Shown piece by piece: positions 16,022 through 26,767 of a stretch of DNA of 53,442 nt. Position numbers and translations under genes: made by a program. The stretch comes from an uncultured Desulfotignum sp. (lineage in GTDB: Bacteria; Desulfobacterota; Desulfobacteria; Desulfobacterales; Desulfobacteraceae). Position 1 is the first letter of the stretch; each line of letters opens with the position of its first letter. The notes beneath the pieces are model-generated. The model saw only the letters and a list, made by a program, of their open reading frames with translations, did not search any database and was not told the DNA's origin. The stretch covers positions 1 to 53,442 of the forward strand of contig CALGAJ010000053.1 of the NCBI GenBank assembly GCA_937951975.1. Direction: 5' to 3'.

Positions 16022-18679
16022 ATGGGTTCGGATTCTCTGGACAAAGGGTATGAGCCGGCGGGAATTGAAGAGAAATGGTATCAGTTCTGGCAGGATAACG
16101 GGTTTTTCAGGGCGGAAGATACCAGTGACAAACCGCCTTTTTCCATCGTTATTCCCCCGCCCAATGTCACAGGTGTGCTTCATATGGGACATGCCCTGAA
16201 CAATGTGATCCAGGATATCATGTGCCGTTACAGGCGGCTGCTGGGGTATAATGTATTATGGATGCCGGGTACGGATCATGCCGGTATCGCCACGCAAAAC
16301 GTGGTGGAACGGGACCTGGCGGCCCGGGGTAAGAACCGGGACCAGCTGGGCCGGGAAGCGTTTATCCAAGAGGTCTGGAAATGGAAGGAGAAATCCGGCG
16401 GTGCCATCATCAACCAGCTCAAACGCCTGGGGGCCTCCTGTGACTGGGACCGGGAGCGGTTCACCATGGACGAGGGACTGTCCGATGCCGTGCGTAAAGT
16501 GTTTGTCCGGCTGTACAAGGAAGGCCTGATTTATGAAGGCCAGTATATTATTAACTGGTGTCCCCGGTGTCTTACCGCACTGGCGGATCTGGAAGTGGAG
16601 TATGAGGAGCAGGATTCATATCTGTATTATGTCCGGTATCCGTTCAAGGGCCAGAAAAAAGGACTGACCGTGGCCACGACCCGGCCGGAGACCATGTTCG
16701 GAGATACCGCCGTGGCCGTGAATCCGTCCGATGAACGGTTTGCGGATCTCAAGGAGACCCATGTGCTGCTGCCCCTGACGGACCGGCTCATTCCCATTAT
16801 CCGGGATACGTATGTGGACACCGCATTTGGTACCGGAGCCCTGAAAGTGACACCGGCCCATGATCCCAACGATTTTGATCTGGGGGAAAAACACGGGCTG
16901 GAGCGGATCAAGGTGATTGATGACAAGGGATTGATGACCGAGGCGGCCGGACCGTTCCAGGGCCAGGACCGGTTTGAATGCCGGACCCGGGTGGTCAAGG
17001 CCCTTGCAGATCAGGGGCTGCTGGAGAAAAAAGAACCGTTGAAGCACAGTGTGGGCAGCTGCTATCGATGCCGGACCGTGGTGGAGCCGGCTGTGTCCAA
17101 ACAATGGTTCGTAAAAGTGAAACCCCTGGCGGAAAAAGCCACGGAAGCGGTTCGTTCCGGACAGACCCGGATCATTCCGGATACCTGGTCCAAAACCTAT
17201 TTCGACTGGATGGACAATATCAGAGACTGGTGTATTTCACGGCAGATCTGGTGGGGACACCGCATTCCCGTGTGGAAATGCCCGGCATGCAATCATGTAA
17301 TGGTGGAGGAAACCGATCCGGTTGACTGCGCCGTGTGCGGGTCCAAAAACATCGTCCAGGAAACCGATGTGCTGGACACCTGGTTCTCTTCGGCCCTGTG
17401 GCCGTTTTCCACCATGGGGTGGCCGGAAGAAACGCCGCTGCTTAAAACCTTTTACCCCACCAATGTGCTGGTCACAGGCTTTGATATCCTGTTTTTCTGG
17501 GTGGCCCGGATGATGATGATGGGGATTCATTTCAAAGAGCAAGTCCCGTTCACGGATGTGTATATCCATGCCCTGGTCAGGGATGAGCACGGCAAGAAAA
17601 TGAGCAAATCCAAAGGCAATGTCATCGATCCGTTGAAAGTGATCGATCAGTACGGTGCAGATGCGTTCCGCTTCCCTCTGGCGGCGTTTGCAGCCCAGGG
17701 CCGGGATGTGAAAATGTCTGAATCCCGGGTGGAAGGATACCGGCATTTTGTCAATAAACTGTGGAATGCGGCCCGGTTTTCATTGATGCATATCACATCG
17801 GAAGACCCCACGTTTGAGGATGATAACTTGACCTTGTGGGAACGCTGGATTCTGTCCCGGTCGGCCGCCACTTCCCTGGCCGTGAAACAAGGAATTGAAA
17901 ATTACCGCTTTAATGAAGCGGCTTCTGCTGTGTATCAGTTTGTGTGGCATGAATTCTGTGACTGGTTCATTGAAACGGAAAAACCGGCCCTGTATGAAAA
18001 ACAGGGAGGAATTCGAAGAAACACGGCCCGGGCGGTTCTGGCAAAGGTCCTCAAGGATATTCTGGTGATGCTGCATCCGTTCATGCCGTTTGTCACCGAA
18101 GAGATTTATCATCTGATGCCCGCCACCCAGGGGTCGGTGATGCAGGCGGCATTTCCATACTCAGAGGATGCCTACACCCGCTACAGAAATGAACAGGTCG
18201 AAGCGGACATGGCTTTTGTGTTTGATCTGATTTCCGGTGTCCGGAACATCCGGAGCGAAATGAACATTCAGCCATCCATGAAAATCAAGGTGCTGGCCCA
18301 TACGGAAAATGAAAAAGAAAAATTGCTGATCGTGGAAAACAAAGCCGTGATTTCCACATTGGCCACCATGGAACGCCTGTCTTTCTGCGATCTTGAGAAT
18401 GTACCCAAATCCTGTGCCAGTGCCGTGAACGGCAATACGACTTGTTTTGTGTCCCTGGAAGGGGTGATTGATTTTGAAAAAGAGATTCTTCGCCTGGAAA
18501 AGGAACTGGAGAAAAACACAAAAGAGCTGGTCGGGGTCCAGAAACGCCTGGGAAATGAGAGTTTTCTGGAAAAAGCCCCCCAGGAAGTCATTGACAAGGT
18601 CCATGCCCGGCATGCTGATTTAACGGAAAAAAATGAGAAGCTGGCGGCCAATCTTCAACGGATTCAGGAAATGGCATAA
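16022..18679 (+). CDS. valS: valine--tRNA ligase
   Basis: PPPNVTGVLHMGH, DWCISRQIWWGH, KMSKS, C-terminal coiled coil. Confidence 0.98.
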   Translation: MGSDSLDKGYEPAGIEEKWYQFWQDNGFFRAEDTSDKPPFSIVIPPPNVTGVLHMGHALNNVIQDIMCRYRRLLGYNVLWMPGTDHAGIATQNVVERDLAARGKNRDQLGREAFIQEVWKWKEKSGGAIINQLKRLGASCDWDRERFTMDEGLSDAVRKVFVRLYKEGLIYEGQYIINWCPRCLTALADLEVEYEEQDSYLYYVRYPFKGQKKGLTVATTRPETMFGDTAVAVNPSDERFADLKETHVLLPLTDRLIPIIRDTYVDTAFGTGALKVTPAHDPNDFDLGEKHGLERIKVIDDKGLMTEAAGPFQGQDRFECRTRVVKALADQGLLEKKEPLKHSVGSCYRCRTVVEPAVSKQWFVKVKPLAEKATEAVRSGQTRIIPDTWSKTYFDWMDNIRDWCISRQIWWGHRIPVWKCPACNHVMVEETDPVDCAVCGSKNIVQETDVLDTWFSSALWPFSTMGWPEETPLLKTFYPTNVLVTGFDILFFWVARMMMMGIHFKEQVPFTDVYIHALVRDEHGKKMSKSKGNVIDPLKVIDQYGADAFRFPLAAFAAQGRDVKMSESRVEGYRHFVNKLWNAARFSLMHITSEDPTFEDDNLTLWERWILSRSAATSLAVKQGIENYRFNEAASAVYQFVWHEFCDWFIETEKPALYEKQGGIRRNTARAVLAKVLKDILVMLHPFMPFVTEEIYHLMPATQGSVMQAAFPYSEDAYTRYRNEQVEADMAFVFDLISGVRNIRSEMNIQPSMKIKVLAHTENEKEKLLIVENKAVISTLATMERLSFCDLENVPKSCASAVNGNTTCFVSLEGVIDFEKEILRLEKELEKNTKELVGVQKRLGNESFLEKAPQEVIDKVHARHADLTEKNEKLAANLQRIQEMA

Positions 18680-18682
18680 CCC

Positions 18683-19513
18683 ATGGACATGATTCACCAG
18701 ATTATCGCACTGGCCCTGTTTGAGGATTCCGGTCTCGGGGATATCACCTCGGAAAGCATTCTGCCCGGTCATAGAAAAGGACACGGTGTGATTGTCGCAA
18801 AACAGGATTGTATCCTGGCCGGAACGGATGCGGCCCGAAGAACATTTAAGATGCTGGATCCGGAGACAACCCTCAGATTTTTTTTCCAGGACGGGGACAC
18901 GGTATCCAGCGGGGAAGACGTGCTCACGGTGGAAGGGGATCTGCTGTGCCTGCTGAAAGCGGAGAGGGTGGCATTGAATTTTATGCAGCGGCTGTCCGGC
19001 ATTGCCACCTTGACCCGGAAATATGTCACCGCTTTGGCGGGCGCTTCTGTCCGGTTGACCGATACAAGGAAAACCACGCCGGGATGGCGTCAGCTGGAAA
19101 AAGAAGCGGTCCGGGCCGGCGGCGGCCATAATCACCGGTTCTCCCTGTATGACGGGATTCTGATCAAAGACAACCACATTGCGGTTGCCGGCAGTATTTT
19201 TGCGGCGGTTCAAGCCGTGAAAAATCGAACGTCCCATTTGATGAAGATTGAAGTGGAAGTCTCGACCATGGATCAGGTGGATCAGGCCTTGGCAGCGGGT
19301 GCGGATGTGATCATGCTGGATAACATGTCCATGGAAGAAATGGCGGCTGCTGTGGCCCGTATCCATGGACAGGCCCTGGTGGAAGCATCAGGGAATGTTT
19401 CCATTGAAACCCTGAGAGATATTGCAGATACCGGCGTGGATGTGATTTCCTGCGGCGCGTTGACCCATCAGGCCCGGTCGGTTGATTTGAGCATGCGTAT
19501 TTTTGACAAGTAA
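18683..19513 (+). CDS. nadC: quinolinate phosphoribosyltransferase
   Basis: ERVALNF..SGIAT, DTRKTTPG, NHRFSLYDGILIKDNH, IEVEV, IMLDNM, EASG. Confidence 0.96.
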   Translation: MDMIHQIIALALFEDSGLGDITSESILPGHRKGHGVIVAKQDCILAGTDAARRTFKMLDPETTLRFFFQDGDTVSSGEDVLTVEGDLLCLLKAERVALNFMQRLSGIATLTRKYVTALAGASVRLTDTRKTTPGWRQLEKEAVRAGGGHNHRFSLYDGILIKDNHIAVAGSIFAAVQAVKNRTSHLMKIEVEVSTMDQVDQALAAGADVIMLDNMSMEEMAAAVARIHGQALVEASGNVSIETLRDIADTGVDVISCGALTHQARSVDLSMRIFDK

Positions 19514-19517
19514 AAAA

Positions 19518-20417
19518 TTAATTGACGCAAGTCAGCCGGTCCCGTCCGTTTCTCTTGGATAGATACAGGGCCTGGTCCGTGCGATGGATAAAAGATGTGA
19601 AATCTTCACCGGGCCGAAGTTCGCTGGCACCGATACTGATGGTGATGGATTTTTTGATACCGGGGGCGGGTTCAAAGATTTCCCGGCTGATGTGTTCTTT
19701 GATCCGGTGTCCCACCACACAGGCTTTTTTAATGTCGGTTTCAGGTAAAAGCACGGCAAATTCTTCCCCGCCGTATCGATAGGCAGTGTCCATGGACCGC
19801 ATGCATGCATTGATGATGCGGCCGATGGCCATCAGAACCTTGTCCCCTTTTAAATGACCCCAAGTGTCATTGTAGTTCTTGAAAAAATCAATATCCAGAA
19901 TCAACAAGGACAAATGGTGCTGATACCGCTCATTTCTTTCAATTTCCAGTTTGATCTGCCGGAAAAACTGACGGGAGTTGTACAGGTTGGTAAGCGCATC
20001 GGTGATGGCCAGGTGTTCCATTTCCTTGAGCAGTTCGTTCCGTTCCCTTTTGAATGCCGCTTCCCGCAGTACCCGTTTTATGCGCAGATTCAGCTCTTCA
20101 AAACGGAAAGGCTTGAAAATGAAATCACTGGCACCGATTTTCACAGCCTCTTCATATGAATAATCCGCACTGTAACCGGTCATGACGATGACATCTATCT
20201 CATATTTTTCCTTGATGATCCGTGTCAGTTCCAGGCCGTCCATGCCCTGCATCATGATATCGGTGAGCACCACGTCCACGGCGCAGATTTCCAGTTTTTT
20301 CAAGGCACCCTCGGCACTGGTGACAGCCGTCACTTGATAGGAAAGGAGACTGAGATATTCTTTTACAGAATCTTTAACAGTGTTATCATCATCAACAATC
20401 AGAATTGTGTATACCAT
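19518..20417 (-). CDS. response regulator diguanylate cyclase (REC-GGDEF)
   Basis: ILIVDDD..DIMM receiver; AITDALTNLYN, DIDFFK..ND..GH, RSMD I-site, RYGGEEF. Confidence 0.93.
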   Translation of the reverse strand: MVYTILIVDDDNTVKDSVKEYLSLLSYQVTAVTSAEGALKKLEICAVDVVLTDIMMQGMDGLELTRIIKEKYEIDVIVMTGYSADYSYEEAVKIGASDFIFKPFRFEELNLRIKRVLREAAFKRERNELLKEMEHLAITDALTNLYNSRQFFRQIKLEIERNERYQHHLSLLILDIDFFKNYNDTWGHLKGDKVLMAIGRIINACMRSMDTAYRYGGEEFAVLLPETDIKKACVVGHRIKEHISREIFEPAPGIKKSITISIGASELRPGEDFTSFIHRTDQALYLSKRNGRDRLTCVN

Positions 20418-20556
20418 TTTTTCTCCCGGGGCAGAATGTGATCATATGAGCTGATCTTGACACTTTTTTATACAATTGATACATGTATGCAGATAGCTAA
20501 ATTTTAAAATTAGCTTATTTAAAAGATATTTGTCAACTTCATAGTTTGGAGAAGCG

Positions 20557-22359
20557 TTGAACATTCACCAGAAACAGATCCGAAATTTTTCCATCATCGC
20601 CCACATCGATCACGGCAAATCCACCCTGTCGGACCGGCTGATTCAGTTGACCGGTATTGTTTCCGAGCGGGACATGAAAGAACAGATTTTAGACACCATG
20701 GACATCGAGCGGGAACGGGGCATCACCATCAAATCCCAGACCGTGTCTCTGCCCTATACGGCGGATGACGGCACAGAATACCTGTTGAACCTCATCGATA
20801 CACCCGGGCATGTGGATTTTTCCTATGAAGTGTCCCGGGCCTTGAAATCCTGTGAAGGCGCTCTGATCATTGTGGATGCCACCCAGGGCGTGGAGGCCCA
20901 GACCCTGGCCAACCTGTACCTGGCCATGGAGCTCGACCTGACCATCATCCCCGTGATCAATAAAATCGATCTGCCGTCTGCAGAAGTGGAATGGGTAAAA
21001 AATCAGATTGAAGAGGATCTGGGACTGGACGGTGAAAAAGCACTGCAGGTGTCCGCCAAGACCGGGCAGGGGGTGGATCAGCTGTTTCCGGCTATTGTGG
21101 CGGTCATCCCCCCGCCGACGGTGGACAAGGAAAATCGGTTCAAAGCATTGATTTTCGATTCTCATTATGACTCTTTCCGGGGAACCATTGTCCATTTCCG
21201 GATATTTGACGGAACCATCAAAAAAGGGGACACCATTTTGTTCATGCAAAATGACTCCCGGTACAAGGTGGAGGAAGTGGGGTTGTTTCAGATCAAGCGG
21301 ATTCCCCAGAAAAGCCTGTATGGCGGCCAGGTGGGATATCTGATTGCCGGAATCAAAAATATTTCCGATGTCAAGATCGGGGACACCATCACCATGGCGG
21401 ACCGGCCCTGTGCCAGGCCGGTGGGCGGATTCCGGGAACCCACACCCGTGGTGTTCTCTTCCATGTACCCGGTGGCATCCGACGATTACGGGGAGCTCAC
21501 CGAAGCCCTGGAACGCCTCAAGCTCAATGATGCATCCCTGATTTATGAAAAAGACAGCTCCGCGGCACTGGGATTCGGATACCGGTGCGGGTTTTTGGGA
21601 CTGCTTCACCTGGAGGTGGTGCAGGAACGCCTGGAGCGGGAATACGATATCTCCTTGATTCTGACTTCTCCCTCGGTGCAGTATGAGATCACCACCACGG
21701 ACGGAGAGGTGCACATCATCGACAACCCGGTGAACTATCCGGACCCGGCGGAAATTTCAAAGATCCGGGAGCCCTTTATCAAGGCGACGATTATCGTGCC
21801 CGACCGGTACATGGGCAATGTGATGCAGGTATGCCATGAGTTCAGAGGCGTGAGTACAACCTATCAATACCTGACTTCCAACCGCATGGAAATGAAGTTT
21901 GAACTGCCTCTGGCCGAAGTGGTGTATGAATTCTACGACCGGCTCAAATCCGTCACCCAGGGATACGGGTCGTTTGATTATGAAATCGCCGGATATCAGG
22001 AAACCGATCTGGTGAAGCTGGATTTTCTCATCAACGGGGAACGGGTGGATGCCCTGTCCGTATTGATACACAGAGACAAGGCCGAAGCACGGGCCAGGAC
22101 CGCCTGTAAAAAACTGCGGGAGGAAATTCCCCGCCAGCAGTTCAAGATCCCCATTCAGGGGGCCATCGGCGGTAAAATCATCGCCCGGGAAACCGTTTCC
22201 GCGTTCAGAAAGGATGTCACGGCCAAATGTTATGGCGGAGATATTTCCCGGAAACGCAAGCTTTTAGAAAAGCAGAAAAAAGGCAAAAAACGCATGAAAA
22301 TGGTGGGGTCTGTGGAGATCCCTCAGTCCGCGTTTCTGTCCGTGCTCAAGTCGGAATAG
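20557..22359 (+). CDS. lepA: elongation factor 4
   Basis: RNFSIIAHIDHGKSTLSDR, LIDTPGHVDF, KCYGGDISRKRKLLEKQK; TTG start after GGAG. Confidence 0.98.
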   Translation: MNIHQKQIRNFSIIAHIDHGKSTLSDRLIQLTGIVSERDMKEQILDTMDIERERGITIKSQTVSLPYTADDGTEYLLNLIDTPGHVDFSYEVSRALKSCEGALIIVDATQGVEAQTLANLYLAMELDLTIIPVINKIDLPSAEVEWVKNQIEEDLGLDGEKALQVSAKTGQGVDQLFPAIVAVIPPPTVDKENRFKALIFDSHYDSFRGTIVHFRIFDGTIKKGDTILFMQNDSRYKVEEVGLFQIKRIPQKSLYGGQVGYLIAGIKNISDVKIGDTITMADRPCARPVGGFREPTPVVFSSMYPVASDDYGELTEALERLKLNDASLIYEKDSSAALGFGYRCGFLGLLHLEVVQERLEREYDISLILTSPSVQYEITTTDGEVHIIDNPVNYPDPAEISKIREPFIKATIIVPDRYMGNVMQVCHEFRGVSTTYQYLTSNRMEMKFELPLAEVVYEFYDRLKSVTQGYGSFDYEIAGYQETDLVKLDFLINGERVDALSVLIHRDKAEARARTACKKLREEIPRQQFKIPIQGAIGGKIIARETVSAFRKDVTAKCYGGDISRKRKLLEKQKKGKKRMKMVGSVEIPQSAFLSVLKSE

Positions 22360-23521
22360 GGGGCTGACACCGGGCCAGGATACGGGCAAACAGCCGGGCC
22401 CGGTCCACCACACTCTGTTTGATGATAAACTCTTCCGGACTGTGGTCTTTCGCTCCCATGGGTCCCAGCCCGTCAATCACCGGAATTCCGGCCTGGGCGA
22501 TGATGTTGGCATCGGACACGCCCTGGCGCCGCTCCGGGACGACTGCCATCCCCAGTTGTCTGCCCAGAGATTGAATCTGCGTGAACAGGGCCATGCCGCC
22601 AGATGTTTCCGGCATGGCCGGCCGTTGGGAAATCCAAGTCAATGTGGTCCGGGTCCGGGGAATGACGGACGTTGCCATGATCTGGTCCAGTGCATGGGTC
22701 AGGCGGGTTTTGTCCGCATCGGTGGTAAATCGGAAATCCACAGCAGCCCGGGCATGCGAAGCAACCGTATTGGGTCCGATACCGCCGCTCACCCGTCCCA
22801 CATTCGCGCAGACCCCCTGATCCGGCCGGTGCAGCGCTTCAATGGCAATGGTTTTGTGGGCCAGTTCCAGGATGGCACTGGCCTTGTCAGCACCGGCAAA
22901 CGCGGCATGGCCGGCTTCACCGGTCACTTCGATTTGAACCGACAGGTTGCCTTTCCGGGCCACCACAATTTTTCCTCCAAGCCCCCCGGCTTCCAGCACC
23001 AGTCCCATGCCGCTCTCCCGGGCCAGGTCCAGAATCAATTGCCTGGAAGAAGGAGAACCGATCTCTTCGTCGGCGTTGAACACGAACACAATGGGAGGAA
23101 TACCCGTACACCGGGTTTCAATCAGCGCTTTGAGGGCATACATTCCCACCACCAGTCCGGCTTTCATGTCTGCGGTGCCGGGCCCGTAGCAACGGGTGTC
23201 ATCTTCCGAATAAGAGGTGAAATCCGTATCCGCCGGGAACACGGTATCCATGTGGCCGGTGATCAGTACCGGTTTTTTTTCCGGGTCCGTGCCCGGATAC
23301 CGTGCCACCAGGTGGTCACCATGATCGGTCTGGGCAATGGTCTGACAGAAGAATCCCATGGTTTCCATTTCCTGTCGGATGGCGCGGCAGACACGATCCA
23401 CACCGGGTTTGTTTCCCGTCCCGCTCTGGATATTGACCAGTGCGGCCAGAAGTCCGAACATCTCGGTCGCATGACGGGTCAGCCAGGTATGGACAGGGTC
23501 ATTGTTTTGTTTTTCACGCAT
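22346..23521 (-). CDS. M20 family metallopeptidase (carboxypeptidase G2-like)
   Basis: GHMDTVF, GPGTADMKAG, ADEEIGS, GEAGHA, SDAN, DGLGPMG..HSPEE. Confidence 0.9.
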   Translation of the reverse strand: MREKQNNDPVHTWLTRHATEMFGLLAALVNIQSGTGNKPGVDRVCRAIRQEMETMGFFCQTIAQTDHGDHLVARYPGTDPEKKPVLITGHMDTVFPADTDFTSYSEDDTRCYGPGTADMKAGLVVGMYALKALIETRCTGIPPIVFVFNADEEIGSPSSRQLILDLARESGMGLVLEAGGLGGKIVVARKGNLSVQIEVTGEAGHAAFAGADKASAILELAHKTIAIEALHRPDQGVCANVGRVSGGIGPNTVASHARAAVDFRFTTDADKTRLTHALDQIMATSVIPRTRTTLTWISQRPAMPETSGGMALFTQIQSLGRQLGMAVVPERRQGVSDANIIAQAGIPVIDGLGPMGAKDHSPEEFIIKQSVVDRARLFARILARCQPPIPT

Positions 23522-23721
23522 GTGATTTTTCTTTCATTTCAACAGTGGAAGTATTTAAAAAAAATACCCGTGTAAATCCTTGCGTATTTCGGGCGGACAA
23601 TCAAGATCTTTCCTTGAAGCCCCTTTTCTTTTGAGTGTAAATGAGGTAAAAAAAATCTGTCAAGCTGAACTTGGCAATAATTTTGTTACAGAAGTTAAAA
23701 AATAAAAGGAGAATTATCTCA

Positions 23722-24486
23722 ATGGACTATGAAACAATTTTGGTGGACATCAGGAATCATGTGGGCGTGATCCGGTTGAACCGGCCAAAAGTACTCAATG
23801 CCATGAACCGGCAGCTGTGGACGGAAATGATGGATGCACTGGAGGCGTTGGGGCAGAATGACCAGGTCAAGGCACTGATCATCACCGGAGAGGGCCGGGC
23901 CTTTTCAACGGGTGCGGATTTGAAGGATTCCAAAGGGCGGACCATTGAAGCCTACCGCCAGTACCTGGAATCGCTTCAGGAAGCATCCCGGAAAATTCTG
24001 CGGTTTGAAAAACCCACCATTGCCGCCATCAACGGGTATGCCCTGGGATCCGGGTATGAGCTGGCTCTGGCATGCGATATCCGGATCGCGGCGGCTGAAG
24101 CATTGATCGGGTCTCCCGAGGCAAAAGTCACTTCATCGGTCACCGGCGGGGCATTCCGCCTGGTTCAGGACCTGGTGGGGCCGGGTAAGGCCAAGGAACT
24201 GCTGTTCACCGCTGAGAATATCACCGGGGAAGAAGCCTGCCGCATAGGCCTTGTGAACAAGTCCGTGCCCTTGGAGCAGCTCATGGATGAAGCCGTTGCC
24301 ATGGCAGATAAGATCTGCGCCAATTCCGCGTTTTCGTTGAAACTCATCAAAAAGGGGCTGGCCATGGCCGCCGGAGAAGTCAGCCTGGAAGCCCTCATGG
24401 ATTATGAAATCGAAGCCTGCCTGGCCTGTGTATCCACCAAGGAACGTCAGACCTCGCTGGATGAATTTGCCCAGCGCAAAAAATAA
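23722..24486 (+). CDS. enoyl-CoA hydratase/isomerase
   Basis: LNRPKVLNAM, TGEGRAFSTGADL, AAINGYALGSGYELALACD, PEAK; AAGGAG RBS. Confidence 0.92.
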   Translation: MDYETILVDIRNHVGVIRLNRPKVLNAMNRQLWTEMMDALEALGQNDQVKALIITGEGRAFSTGADLKDSKGRTIEAYRQYLESLQEASRKILRFEKPTIAAINGYALGSGYELALACDIRIAAAEALIGSPEAKVTSSVTGGAFRLVQDLVGPGKAKELLFTAENITGEEACRIGLVNKSVPLEQLMDEAVAMADKICANSAFSLKLIKKGLAMAAGEVSLEALMDYEIEACLACVSTKERQTSLDEFAQRKK

Positions 24487-24498
24487 AGGAAGGAACCC

Positions 24499-26631
24499 AT
24501 GCTGGAACATGTATTGAATGCAAGATCCGTCGCTATCATCGGTGCATCTCGGAACAAGACCAAACGGGGATATCAGGCTATTAAAACCCTTCTGGCGGAC
24601 GGGTTCGAAGGAGAAATCTATCCGGTCAATCCCAAAGAAGATTTTATTCTGGGTCTGAAATGCTTTAAAGACATTACCGATATTCCGGACAAAGTGGATC
24701 TGGCCCTGATTACCACGCCGGCCAGAACCATTCCCAAAATTCTTGACAGCTGCGGTGCCAAAGGCGTAGCCGGTGCCGTGATTATTGCCGGCGGATTCCG
24801 GGAACTCGGGGAAAAAGGGCGGGTTCTGGAACAGGAAATGGTGGATGCGGCAAAAAGAAACCAGGTCCGGCTCATCGGTCCCAACACCTCGGGGATGATC
24901 AACCTGAAATCCCGCATGAACCTGGTGGGGATCGAAAATGCCCCCGAAGGCAGCATCGCGCTCTTGTGCCAGAGCGGGAACATGGCCCTGACCCTGATCA
25001 CCGAAGCCACCATCCGCAAGCACGGCGGGTTCACTTATTATGTGGGCGTCGGCAATGAGTCGGACATCAAGTTCCACGAATATCTGGCGTTTTTCCGAAA
25101 TGATCCGGATACCAGGGCCATTCTCATGTATGTGGAAGGCATGAGCCAGGGACGGGAGTTTCTCCAGGAAGCCTACAAGACCAGTATTGAAAAACCCATT
25201 ATTCTGCTCAAAAGCGGCCGGTCCGACAAGGGGCGGAAATCCGCCGGGTCCCATACCGGATCCCTGGCCGGCATGGGACAGGTGGCCAAGGCCGCGTATG
25301 AACGGGCCGGCATTATTGTCATCGAAAATTCCGACGAACTGTTTCCGGTTGCGGAAACCCTGTCCAGCCAGCCGCCGGTGAAAAACAATGCCATTGCCGT
25401 GCTGGCGGACGGCGGCGGCCATGCCACCATTGCCGCGGACCTGTTGACCGACTACGGCATCGAGCTGGCGGAACTGTCGGAAAAAACAAAGGAAAGCCTG
25501 AAAAAGATTCTGCCGGAAGCCGCGTCCGTGGTCAACCCGGTGGATGTGGCCGGGGGCACGGATGCCGATCCCAGCATCTTTGCCGACTGCGCCAAGATCC
25601 TGCTCAAGGATCCGGCCGTGGGAGGACTTCTCATTGTGGGGCTGTTCGGCGGGTATGGCATCCGGTTTGAAAAAAGCCTGGCCATCGGTGAGGAACAGGC
25701 AGCCCATCGCCTGGGCGCCATGGGCAAAAAACGCAGCAAACCCATTTTTGTGCATTCCCTGTACAGCGCTTACGATTCCCATGCTCTGGATCTGTTGAGA
25801 AATTATGATATCCCGGTCCACGATTCTCTGGATATCGCCTGTAAAAGCATGGCCTGTCTGTGCACCTACGGCAGTTACCTGAAGACTTACCACGCCAAGA
25901 CCAATTTCGTGCTCAACTGGCGGGAAAAAGCCAAACCCGAAGGCAATGCCATCATCCAGGCGGCCCTTTCCGAAGGACGTCATGTGCTGCTGGAACATGA
26001 AGCCAAACAGCTCATCAAGCTCCACGGCGCCCCCACATCCGTGGGCGGACTGGCAAAAACCGCGGATGAAGCCGTTCAGATCGCTAAGGAAATCGGCGGT
26101 CATGTAGTCATGAAAATCGTGTCCCCGGATATTCTGCACAAAAGCGATGCCAACGGCGTGATGCTCAATATCGGGGATGACTCCCAGGTGAAAGCGGCAT
26201 TTGATATCATCATGGAGAATGCCCGTATTTACGATCCCAAGGCGGATATCAGAGGGGTGCTGGTAGCACCCATGGCGGCCAAGGGTCTGGAGGTGATCAT
26301 CGGCACCAAAATCGATGATCAGTTCGGGCCGGTGATCATGTACGGCCTTGGCGGCATCATGGTGGAGATCATGAAGGACGTGACTTTCTGGGTGCTGCCG
26401 ATATCTCCGTCGTCATGCAAGAAAATGATCGAAGATACCCGGTCATCGGTCATTTTGAGCGGGGTGCGGGGGCAGAAAGGATATGACAAAAAAACATTGC
26501 GTAAACTGCTGGGTATCTGCTCGGAACTGGTGGAGTCTTATCCTGAGATTCAGGAAATGGATTTCAACCCAATTATCCTGTATGAAAACGGCCTGGATGT
26601 GGTGGATGCCAGGATTATCCTGAAAAAATAG
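24499..26631 (+). CDS. ADP-forming acyl-CoA synthetase (fused alpha-beta, AcdAB family)
   Basis: SVAIIGAS, IGPNTSG, QSG, AGSHTGSLAG phospho-His motif, NPVD, ATP-grasp KIVSPDILHKSD, DDQFGP. Confidence 0.92.
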   Translation: MLEHVLNARSVAIIGASRNKTKRGYQAIKTLLADGFEGEIYPVNPKEDFILGLKCFKDITDIPDKVDLALITTPARTIPKILDSCGAKGVAGAVIIAGGFRELGEKGRVLEQEMVDAAKRNQVRLIGPNTSGMINLKSRMNLVGIENAPEGSIALLCQSGNMALTLITEATIRKHGGFTYYVGVGNESDIKFHEYLAFFRNDPDTRAILMYVEGMSQGREFLQEAYKTSIEKPIILLKSGRSDKGRKSAGSHTGSLAGMGQVAKAAYERAGIIVIENSDELFPVAETLSSQPPVKNNAIAVLADGGGHATIAADLLTDYGIELAELSEKTKESLKKILPEAASVVNPVDVAGGTDADPSIFADCAKILLKDPAVGGLLIVGLFGGYGIRFEKSLAIGEEQAAHRLGAMGKKRSKPIFVHSLYSAYDSHALDLLRNYDIPVHDSLDIACKSMACLCTYGSYLKTYHAKTNFVLNWREKAKPEGNAIIQAALSEGRHVLLEHEAKQLIKLHGAPTSVGGLAKTADEAVQIAKEIGGHVVMKIVSPDILHKSDANGVMLNIGDDSQVKAAFDIIMENARIYDPKADIRGVLVAPMAAKGLEVIIGTKIDDQFGPVIMYGLGGIMVEIMKDVTFWVLPISPSSCKKMIEDTRSSVILSGVRGQKGYDKKTLRKLLGICSELVESYPEIQEMDFNPIILYENGLDVVDARIILKK

Positions 26632-26767
26632 GTTTACAAAAAAACATGGAGACGTTAAATTCTAAGTCTTAGAAGTACAAACGTCCGTTCAGGCAACTGC
26701 GTCAGGATGCGGGGCAGAATTTCGTATCCTGCACACAATTCTAATCAAATTTTTTATGGAGGTTTAG

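Noticed and set aside
22442-23575. 377-aa plus-strand ORF
   Set aside because: Antisense to the M20 peptidase, which has all catalytic motifs
24133-26139. 668-aa ORF on the minus strand
   Set aside because: Antisense shadow of the well-supported hydratase and ACD genes; no motifs; expected from codon bias
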